From assembly GCA_013265495.1 (NCBI GenBank), contig MU058844.1:6447260-6511259 (forward strand): a stretch of DNA of 64,000 nucleotides, written 5' to 3'. The translations under genes and the position numbers were made by a program. Below the pieces are notes generated by a model that was not told the origin of the DNA, made no database searches, and saw only the letters and a list, made by a program, of their open reading frames with translations. Positions 26,868-38,800 of the stretch are shown here, in pieces. The DNA comes from Vicugna vicugna (taxonomy: Eukaryota). How positions within the stretch are numbered: the stretch's first letter is position 1; each line of letters begins with the position of its first letter.

Positions 26868-29800
26868 CTAGACAAAAAAAAAAGCAAAATAAGATAAAAG
26901 TTCAGCATTGGCTCTTTCCTTCTCTGAAATGGTTATACCTTTTAAATAATAATATCAAAAATAATACCCATTCTATAAAGCTCTGTGAAATTGATGATGA
27001 TGTTATGTTAAAAAAGCTTTATAATATGACAAAGTAACCAACCATTTCTATATTCTTGGTTATCTGATTAAACACATAGCCAAAACTTAATACAAAGAGC
27101 AGAAATACTAATAATGTGAACACCTTTACATGTAAATTTTCTAGTTCTGGCACCATCTTTTTAGTTAGGAAGTTGTTTCACTGCTTATTACTTCATCTCC
27201 TTTGTTAAATTCCTGATATTTCTGCTGGAATAAAGTAACATTTCCATAAATATATAATAGAGAAAAGCTATTATTATAGTAAAAACCATATACCCTGCTT
27301 TTTTCCTCCTCTAAACTATAAGGAGCTAAGATAGGAGATGGAGGCAAGACAACCAATAAGATGAGAAACAGGTAAAACATAATTTTCATTAATTTTACAG
27401 ATAAATGGATTTATCTTGTGCCTTGATGTATGATATTTCACATAACAAAGATGGATAAATTATAAATATTTTATAGCCAAGAGAATTCTAAATCTATTAA
27501 TTTTATAAAATAATTAGGATGACTGTAAATGTAGGGCTCTTTAAGATTTAATTGATAATAAATGGTTCTATGGAATGTGAAACTGGGGATTAGTGTAGTT
27601 GAATTAAGACAAAAGGTTTTTGCTTGTCAAAGAACTGTAAGCAAAGAAAACAGAGAAGTAACAGGAAGTAGAATAAAGAGTGGAAAGTGATGCTTTCAAA
27701 GTAGGTTAACATACCTGCTTTAAAAAAAGTAGGTTGCATCTGACTGATATGTTGTATGTCAACTATACCTCAATAAACAAATAAATGAAGTAGATTATCA
27801 TAAAACCACAATTCAGAACAGCATACATTTTCTTAATATCTTACACCATCTTGCAAAAAGGGACTTTAAGACTCTTTGATAAATAGCTAGTGCAATACTG
27901 ACATAGTAAACAAACTTCTGGTTATCTGGGGGGAAAAGGTGGGGGAAAGGATAAATCAGGAGTTTAAGATTTGCAGATACTAACTACTACATATAAAATA
28001 GATAAACAACAAGTCTCCACTGTATAGTAGAGGGAACTATATTCAATATTTTGTAGTAACCTACAATGAAAAAGAATATGAAAAGGAATATATGTATGTA
28101 TATGGATGACTGAAACATGCTGTACACCAGAAACTGACACAACACTGTAAACTGACCATACTTTAATAAAGGAAAAAAAATCTAATGCAACAGAAGAGAA
28201 TATACCTAAATGAAAAAATAAGATTTAAAATGTCACCAAATCCAAATTACATATTTTAATTAAATGTTAAGGTAGCACGTTTTTTAGAATGTGAATTAGA
28301 AGAGCAGAAAAGCACCTGCAGTTATCCTCAAACATGAGCATAATGAAAATTTCCTTTAGTCTTCCAGTAATAATTTATCCTTACTAAGCATGATTTACAT
28401 GTTTCAGAGAGATTATATTTTTTAGATTAGGAGAAATATTGGTCAATATTTGGGCACATTTCATAATTATAAGTGACTTAAGGTATTGTAAGAGTTGGGT
28501 GCTTCTATATAAATTCAATGTGAATTATCAATAAGAAAAATTTTAAAAACCTCTGTCTATACATATTTAATAGGATAAATAATATATATCACCTAAGGTA
28601 TTCTCAAAAAAATATTGGCATGTCAAAAGAGCACTAGTCAATCAGGAAGACAGATTACTATGGGTTTACATACTGTATGATACCCTACTATAACCTGCTG
28701 ACTCTTCTATACCTTCTCCTGGCTTTCTTGCCTGTTAATTGGATCTATGTATTTCCTGAGTAGATATTACAATTTGACAGACCTAGGTTAGATCCAAGCT
28801 CCAACTTTCACTAGTTGTATGACTCTGGACAAATTAATCTCAACTTCTGCGTCCTTTTTTGTCCAGGAGAAATAATACTTGAAATATTACTGTGAGAATG
28901 AGATAATGTGTGGAAAGCATCAAGACTCATGCCTACATAAGTGTAAGGACTCAACAAAGGGCAGCTGGGAAACATATAATTACAACATAAGCAACAATAT
29001 TGTTTCCAACTGACTATATTCTTGGAAAAGATCTTAAATCCTTCCTACAATAAGGTGGGAAATATAGGAAATTGATGAATCCATAATAGACTTCATTTTA
29101 TTCATCTAGCTCATGAAACAAAAGCTTTTGTAAGTTTTTTTGCACTCCTTTGGGTAACTATCTCTCTATGACTTGATTTTTTAATATGTAAAACATGAAT
29201 AAGGTTGTACTTTCCTCATACATTTATCATGATTAAATAATTTAACACATATAAAATATTTAGAGGAGATGTCTCACTCCATGTGCTCAATAATTTTACT
29301 CACTGAGAGGAGATAAAGAGTACTACATTTTCAATATCTTTTTATTTCAAAACATTCTGATTGTACCACCTTCAATTGACCTAAAACAAATTAATTCAAA
29401 CTGCAAAGGAATAATAGTAAGAAACAATGATAAGGAGCAAAAAATGTAGTAATTCTAAGTCAAATTGTAACAATTCTACCTAATAAAATTGAAAACTGAA
29501 AAAAAAAAAGCAAATCTAGATGGGGAAAAAAAAATCACTTGATTCTGATAGTCCCTAGAAAGACCACCATGAATGACACTATTGTTACCCTCAAAAAATA
29601 CACAATCGAGTAAGAAAGCCAGGAGATAAGGATATCATAAAGAGCATTACAGAGTCATTTAAACCTAGTCCTTAGGGATCATCAATGGCAGGTCTGTGTT
29701 GCTGTTTTTTAAATCTTTGTTATCTCTCAGTATAACTTGCCCAGTGTCTTGGAAATAGGTTTTATTTTTATGCTTTTATTTATTCACTTCTTTATGTTAG

Positions 29801-32800
29801 TTGAAGTATAGTCAGTTTACAATGTGTCAATTTCTGGTATACAGCATAATGTTTCAGTCATCCATATATATACATATATTTCTTTTCATGTTCCTTTTCA
29901 TTACAGATTGCTACAAGATATTGAATATAGTTCCCTGTGCTATACAGCACAAACTTGTTTATCTATTTTATTTTTTATATGTAGTAGTTAGTATCTGCAA
30001 GTCTCAAATTCCCAATTTATCCCTTCCCACCCCCATTCCCCTTGGTAACCATAGGTTTGTTTTCTATGGCTGTGAGTCTGTTTCTGTTTTGTAAATAAGT
30101 TCATTTGTGTCTTTTTTTTTCTTTTTTTTTTTTTAGATTCCACAATAAGTAACATCATATGGTATTTTTCTTTCTTTTTCTGGCTTATTTCACTTAGAAT
30201 AGACGATCTCCAGGTCCATTCATGTTGCTGCAAATGGCATTATTTTATTCTTTTTTATGTCTGAGTAGTGTTCTATTATTGGCTGGGTAGTATTCCATGG
30301 AAATAGGTTTTAAATACATCTTTATAAAATATTTAAAGAAACTCGTAAGCTGAGTTTCCATTATTATATGGCTCTGTGCTCGACATTTTTATATCCGTTA
30401 TCTCATTGAAGTAACACAATTTTATTTAGGTATTATAATATCCTTAAAATTTTTTCATCTCCTGTGTAATCCCCCCAATTTTTATAATCCTAATCTTAGC
30501 TTTCTTGTTTATCTCATTCTCGTTAACTCTTTATATGTGGTTATTACCCATTTTCTGTATGTGCCACACATAGCAGTGCTGTAAAATAAGTTTTATGCTA
30601 AGGCTGGATAACTAGCTGTAATTCATCATTTTATAAGGAGTATTTTTACTAATTTAAATTTGCCTTCTCAAATATAAACATATTTAAATGACTATAATGC
30701 ACACACAGAGTCATACACATACACACAGTCAAATGTCTGTAGAGACTTCTACCTAATTTATTGCTGATTCAGTTAACAGTTATTTATGGAACATCTACCA
30801 TGGTATTAGGTTGAAGAAATTCAGTGGGGAACTAGTAGGGTCTTGGTCCTCCAGGATCTTACTATTCAAATGGGTATTTTATTATTATTTTGTTGAGGGC
30901 ACAACAAAGTGACACTTCATCAAAATTCTTGTGAGTTCTTTTTTGGAAATCACTGAAGTAAACAAAATAAATCATCAATAAAATTCATTTTGTCACAGCT
31001 TTGTCTAAGGTGCTGCTTAGCTGCTCCCTTTTGATTGTTCCTCCTTAACATTCCTTAGTTGCCTTATTTTGCAACCTGATTTCTTTTCTATAGTCCATGA
31101 ACTGCTTAATTCATATTAAGAAGTTAGCTTTTCTTGTTTTCTAGCTGGCTTAATTCTTGGCTATAAGTAAGTGTTACCAACACAGATTCAAGCTTTGTTT
31201 TTCACTGTAATAAAATTAGCAAATATTTACTGCATATTTAACATGCCCTTGACACTGTGCTAGGTGTTACAAACACCTGCAAGATTTTTATCCATAGTTG
31301 TGGCTCTACCTTTATTACTAAATTCACCTCGTTTGCTTCATCCTGCTCTTTCTCTCCTCTAACTATGAAGTTTGAAATTCGATACGCCCAAATATGATAA
31401 TGTTGGAAAACTCCGTTATGTCTTCATGCTTATGGTCTTAGCCCTTAAACTTCTTACCATTTGCTCTTCACCAAAATCCCTATGCTGAAAGACCCCATCC
31501 TCTCTGAGGAGTGCTCCACATAAAACTAACCAACCACTCTCTTTCTTCCGTCAGACTCAGCTCAGTCCTGCTGCCAATTGTGCTCACTCTCTTTAGGATA
31601 CTGATTCCCCATGTTTTCAATAAACCAGCAACTCTCCCCTTACACACGATTTTCTTCGCTGCCCTACTAAACTCTAAACTTCCCTGGGTGTCTGCTAAAT
31701 TCCAAGCCAGATCACCAAATTCTGAAATTACTTCTGTGCATGAGGCAACAGTAAAACAAGAGGAGAAACAAAAACTCCACGAAAACAAGGCTAGTCCTTA
31801 CTGGTTTGTGCTTGTGTCCATCATGAGCGAAACGGCAATACTTTAGTAGAAATAAAAAACAACCCAATCCTGAACTGAGTAAATCATGGTCACTCCTCAC
31901 AATTTTAGATTCCATCCTGTGGCTTCCAGTCAATTTCTCTGCTCCCTGCCTCTCCCCCTCCTCTGTCTTCTCATTTATCCTAACGGAAGTCATCAATACT
32001 GAGTGTCCCCTGATGCTGCCCACACTGCATGCTCTTTCAGCCCTTTGCTTCTTCATTAATCAGCAACCTCAGTGGTATTCTTCCTCTATCTACAACTTTT
32101 TAAAAATAACTGACCCCTTACCTTTTGCCCTATTTTCACTCTCACCTTAAATTAAAAATTGTTGACTCACATTCCTTGGCTAATAAATACATCTACAAGC
32201 TACAAACAGCCAATATTATTAAGAGCTTGCTACTGAGCAACTTGCTCTATGGTTTTTCACGGCATGAAATTTGAGTTCAAGCTTCCATACTTTGCGCATT
32301 TATGCCTCCCCTCCTTGAGGATCAGCGCTGTGTTAGGTTGTAGGATGTAATTGGTTCCCTTTAATTAAAAGTTTCTTTTCTGACTGCCCCACTTGACACT
32401 CTCCCTCCCTCCCCTCAAAGAGCTGATTAGTCTCCAGCAGTTTTATGGACAATGCTGCCCTCTGGTGGCTTGAAATTTTCAAGTTGACAAGTTGTTCATG
32501 TACATACACACAGATAATTGGATATTTGAAAATTACTAGTAAGTTTTCAAGCATTTAACAGAATACAAATATTTAAAACAACATTTTAATTTATTAGTGA
32601 GTAAAGTTTAAAATTATGGCCATTATTTTAGGTTGATTCAAATAAGTTAATAGCATATCACAATTTGATTGCATTAGTACTAGAAAATTCTTCATTCTGT
32701 AAGAGGAAAACCTGAGTTAGAGTCTTAAATGATTTGCCCATAGACACAAAATAACGTAAGTGCTACATCAACACCCTCCTAAAGATTAAAGTATCAAAAC

Positions 32801-35800
32801 TAGAAAGGATCCCACTGATTCTCTTTTTCACGTTTTGCATTTTTAATCTTACCTTGAATATTTCTATTCTGTCTATCTGTTGTGAAGGGGAGTAGAAAAA
32901 AAGAGTGAGGAGAATTTAAAGGTCGTCATTAAGTTTTACATTTCAGAATTCAAATTTTAAAGAAAAAATGCTTTTATTTCACCAATCTAATAGTATGTAT
33001 TTTTATTTTTGGGGGGGAGGTAAGTAAGCTTATTTACTTTTTTTTAATGGAGGTACTGGTGATTGAACTCAGGACCTCACGTATGCTAAGTGTGTACTCT
33101 ACCACTGAGCTGTACTCTACCCCTAATCTAACCGTATTTTGATAAAACAAAAGCAAAACAAAAGCTTAGTATAGAGACACAAAACCTCACATAGTAATGA
33201 GAATGCAATTTGGTTTACAATCATGTAATTAGAATGAATATCTCTCTAAAAAGCATACAACTGCCAGTTTGGTTTTTTACCTGATAGGTCATGCTTAATG
33301 ACCACTGTCAAAAAGTGAAATTTAAGATGTGGTTGTTAACTCGGATGGCTGGTTTTCATTTTTCATTTGTTACCCTACTATGCCCCCTTGTGACAGGTAA
33401 GAGGAGCCTTAATTTTTGCTTCATAATAATTATGAAATTTTTGGCCATTAAAGCAATGATTTTTATGTTTGGGCAGACAGTCCATATTAAAACTTCTTCT
33501 AAAATATTACTGACTATGCTAATTTATTAAAAATGTACTCAACCTAAAAAAAGTCCTCAGTTACAAGAATTAGCAAGAAAGATATATTTTCCAGAGGTAG
33601 ATTTTAACAAGAAAATTTTTCCTTAGCTTCACTATCAGAGAGTACTGCAAATACTGTAGATATCTAAAAATATAGATCTTTCAAACATAAACAAGTAATA
33701 ATTATTTGTTGAACGTTGGCTGAGTCCATCTTTAAGCCACTTTTGATATTTGAACTTGCCCAGCAGTTTCAGAAACTTTTACTATTTTCAAAACACCTAT
33801 TTGAACAATGTTTTTGATACTCTTGAAGATGAGTAGAAATATACATCGAAGCAACAAAACAGATTATCAAACTACCCTGATTTACTGCATTGAATTCCAC
33901 TGCCCCAGGACTGAGAGCCTCATTCTCGTTAGGGCTGGGAGTTACATTTCCCCGGGTGATCACTGCATACTATTCAGTTCATAGACAGCCCTGATGAACT
34001 TAACAGGCGTTTGCAAAACAAGATTGCAGGAGACACAAAGCAAAATAAGTTGACAAACAGAGCATATAGTTTACATTTTCTTGAAAAATGCTTAAAATTT
34101 CAATATTTTAAACCTGACAAACTTTTAGTAAATGACAAAAATATTATCTTGATAGGGTAAAAGATAAAATTAAGGTATCACTAATATAATGCCAAAAAAG
34201 GAAAGTCGAACATTCATAAATATAAAAATGAATCAGCAGTACTTTATCAATGGCTAATGAGTCCTGTGCCAACAAGTATCAGTTATTCCTTGGAAACAGT
34301 GATACTTCGGTTAGTTTTATTTATGTCTAAAAAAATTAAATATATATATTTCTTGGAATTCTACAAATGAATTGATTAAAAACAATAAAAGGAAAAATTA
34401 GTAAGGATAAAAATTAATCTGAGTGCTTCTTTGTAAGCTATAAGTTAGAACTACAGGATAAATATAGATTCCTTGCTCTTCTCAGGAGGAATGGCACTTT
34501 ATGACACATTTCACTGACATTAAGATCTTTATAAGAGAAACTGATGAGTGACAGAAACTCAAAACAGTTAAAATAAAAAGTCATGCTACTTATATTAAGC
34601 CTATGAGTCCATGAGTAAATATTTATTAAGTGTAAGTAAATGCAAAGTTATATGAAATAAATAATTTTAAATAGTTTTAATTATACATATAAAGTTAATA
34701 ACCTGCTACTTCTTGCTCTGACATCTATAAACTACTCAGCATATCAAGTAATTTTACTAAAATGATTAGAGGTGTCCAAAGAAAGATACGATTTGAACAG
34801 CCTGGAAGTGGGGGAGAAAAAAAGACGCCTTCGAACATCTCTCAAGCTCAGCATAATCATGAAAGAGACACACTGTGCTCCTTTTCCAGACTGTCAAGCT
34901 GTGAAGTCTTCAGAGCTGATACTCATGGAACTGATGAGTTTATATAAATTGTTTATTGAATAATCCAGTGATTTAAAATCACATAAAGGAATAAGCACAT
35001 GAAGCAGATGCTCTTAAGAATCGACATTTGCTGAGATGAACCAGCTTAGAAACCAATTACAGCATAATTCTCAGTGTAAAATAGAATAGTCAACAGCAAA
35101 GTAGAAAAGAAACATGGGGAAGTGAAAATAGCATTTAAGAGTATAAAGTCATTCGATGTAATATCATAATCTTCTCTAAGTTTTCTTGTTCTTTTTCATG
35201 AAATTATTACCTTAGACATACTCATATCTGTGAATTTCACTTCTGTCTTTATTAAATACAGTTTGCTAAAAAATAATTTAAAAGATTTTATCTTCAATGT
35301 CAGATAGTTATTATTCAAAGATCATTGATTACTCACCTAATTTTTTCAATTTCTTTGATTTCATTTTCTGTGCTCTCTTCAGCATTTGCTGAGCAGTAGA
35401 AATATCTTTAAAGCCCCTATTAAAAGATTAAATTTAACAAAGGCAAAAAAATTCAGACTATATTTATATATGCATATACATATAAATATACATATCTGGA
35501 TTATACCAAAACAAATATGAATTCCCATTTAAGAATCTGTAATTTAATAGACATATAGTTTCTTAAAAACTAATAAAGGTATTCTTGAAATCTCAAAAAA
35601 TATGCCTTGGACATTTAAAAGTTTCTCAATTTCTTAATATTTTAGTGTAAAACAGACCACATACCATTCTTCTGAAATTTTTTCCTCTTTTTCAGATTTT
35701 AGCAAATTCTTTCTGCTGATCTTAGATTCAGGTGTCCACGATAAAGTTCTATTTTCTGATCTGGCAATAGGGAAAAACCACACTGAACTGAATCAACCCA

Positions 35801-38800
35801 AGTATATCAGCAGTTTTTAAAACTACAAGCTGTTTATGTTGTCTCAAACTTGGAAATAAAATACATTTAAGTTACAGAAAAGCTTTATCTTGAAAAGTAA
35901 TAAAAGTCTGCCATTAATTTAAAATGTTTACATTTCAATTACTTGAAGCATATTTCAATCCTTTTGTTGAAAGAAACTCAGCATTGGAATTTTTATTCTA
36001 ATCCTTATCTCTACCTATATAGCAGTATTTAAAAGTCCACTTGTTTAAAACAATTAATTATATTATTTCAGTGACACTTAAGTTTTGTAGTTGCTGTAAT
36101 GAACTTACCTAACACATTTTTCTTACACTGAAAACTCCATAAAATCACTACATTTTCACATTAAATGCTTTTTCCAACTTCTAAACAAGTAAATTCATTC
36201 CTATTTTCCATCATCTTACTACTTTTGTAAGGAGTGTAATATTCTTATCATTCATTAGAGGTTGTTCCTCTAAAAGAGTGATTTAGCTTACCTGCTAGTA
36301 AATTGTGTGTGTTCCGATGAAAACCAATTTTCTTTCTCCCTCTCATTACATAGCCATGCTTGCACTGGATGACTTGGTAAATTAAGTGATGTGTCATCAT
36401 ATTTTAAGGTTCCAGAGAGCTTATCAGAAAAAAATGAATATAAGTATAAAATAAGTTGAAAAAAATCTAGCACTTATATTGTATGACTTTACATGCATGG
36501 TATCGAGTGGCCTAAGGGGAACTCATATAAAAACTGAAAATTAAACTAAAGTGAAAAATATGGAAAATACATACAAATGTCCTTTGTTGTAGCTGTAAAG
36601 TATATGCTTTTTGGTATAGTTTGCATATACAAAATGATTAACTGCAAAGATCTTGAAAAAATCTCAGAAAAACAAAAACTTCAAAGATTATCAAATAAAT
36701 AACAGATACTGCAGTTCATTGACCTCTGACTGAGAATCTTCAGCTGTTGCCCTTTTAATGCATATTTTTGTATTTCTAAAGTGCTGTCAACTAGTGATTT
36801 TAGTCTACTGCCAAATATGCAGCTGAAGCATATCATTTTTTTTTTGCTACTGTGAAATAAAGTGTTGAAAGAAATCCAAAATAAAGGAAAAAATTAGAAG
36901 CAAGTGAAAGAAAAGCTACATGAAAAATTACATCTGGGGATGAGGAGGAAGTCAGAGGCTTCTAAAAGTAATTGTGTTTTTCAAGTCAATAAATTGTATT
37001 ATTAATCACTGTAGCATAGCATAACCTTAAGAAACGAGCAAAGATCGAGCACTAAGAGGTTTCCATGACATGTTACCTTTGGCCGGTGCAGCTGGTTTGG
37101 AAGAAGCAGTGTTTGTGAAGGGAAGCGGGCGGAATCTAAAGCTAGCCATTCTTTCTCTAAGGCAGCCTGCACAAATAATAACATGAACGTACATAATTTA
37201 GTTTGCATAACTTTTACAAGATTCTTTTAAATTGTCTTACACACTACAAATGTTAAGAAAGTGTACCAACATTTTTATTTAAGAAAAATTTGCCACTTGA
37301 TCTTGTGAGATGTTATTTATTTGTTTAATGTAAATATTCTTTAAAAAAGTGGGGTAAGATTTTCCATCCCCAAGTGGGATAAAGTGAGAACTTGAGTACT
37401 CACATGCTTCAAAAAAAAAAAAGAGGTGCAGACTCACAGACACAGAGAACAAACTTACGGTTACCAGCGAGGGGAAGAGGGTGGGAAGGGATAAACTGGG
37501 AGTTCGAGATTTGCAGATACTAACAAATATACATAAAACAGATAAACAACAAGTTTATACTGTATAGCACAGGGAAATATATTCAATATCTTGTAGGAAC
37601 TTACGGTGAAAAAGGATATGGAAATGAATATACGTATCTTCATGTATGACTGAAGCATTATGTTGTACACCAGAAACTGACACAATATTGTAAACTGCCT
37701 ATACTTCAATAAAAATGTACATGTACAAAAAACAAGAGGTGCAGATTGTTCAGTGTATTTAACTGTTTGATAACTCTAACTCTGAACCAACTCTAGATGT
37801 AACTGAGGGAAATAATCTTTTAGCTCTTTATAATGCAAATTGTAATACTTTCCATCAAACCTTACTGCTAAATATTTATAGTATTTTAACATTATATCAA
37901 TTTTTCTATAAGTACTATCTGTAAGATAGCTTTTACTTAATTTTTGTTCAAAATTTTGCACATTTTCTGAATAGATGGAAAAAAGAATTTTGTGGCAATA
38001 CATAGAACATGGTTCCTGATATTATATTCTCTAATTCAAGTATTTGAATGATAAAAGTATAAATTTAAATTTTGAAATGATCTTATTTTAAATCACTTCA
38101 CTCTTCGTCTTACAGCATCTTTATTTCATTTATGTAATTTCCAAAATTTATTTTATTTTTCTAAATGGAACTATACTAGTTATGCCAGTGTTGTATAATT
38201 TAACATATAATTATCTAAATTTTATTTGCTTGGGTTATCTAATATTGTTTAAAATAAACTTATGTGGTTCCATAATATTTTTTGAATTTTTAAGAAAAAA
38301 GGATAAGCAGAACACCAATGAACTTGTTTTTTAAAAATGTTCTAAAATGATCAAACATATTTATGATTTGAAAACTGGAATGAGTACAATCTGAGAAGAC
38401 CTAAATGCAATTTTCCATTCATGCAGCTTTAGTGTTCCCTGACTATCTCTTGAAAGACCTTTGGGAAGGCAACATAAGGCCTCCTGACTACAGGCCAGCA
38501 ATGCAAATGACAGACTTTTACTTATAGCATGTTGTCTTGGGAAATCTAATCAAATTCATGTTATTTGAATACCTACATAAAAAGGACACTTCTCCTCAGC
38601 TGTACACAGGAACATTGTCCAATTGTCCAATTCCTTCTAGGAAGAGATTATTAATATATATATATATATATATCACAATCATATACCAGTTATATCTGGT
38701 TTAAGAAGAGCCATTTGATGCAAGTTTGCAAACATTATTCAGGGCTCAGATTTAAAATTCTTTCTTTTATATGACAAATAAAAGAAAATTCAGATCTATC

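Noticed and set aside
32997..33123. tRNA-like sequence (also 40701-40834)
   Set aside because: These are diverged SINE heads with A-rich tails and TSDs, not tRNA genes.
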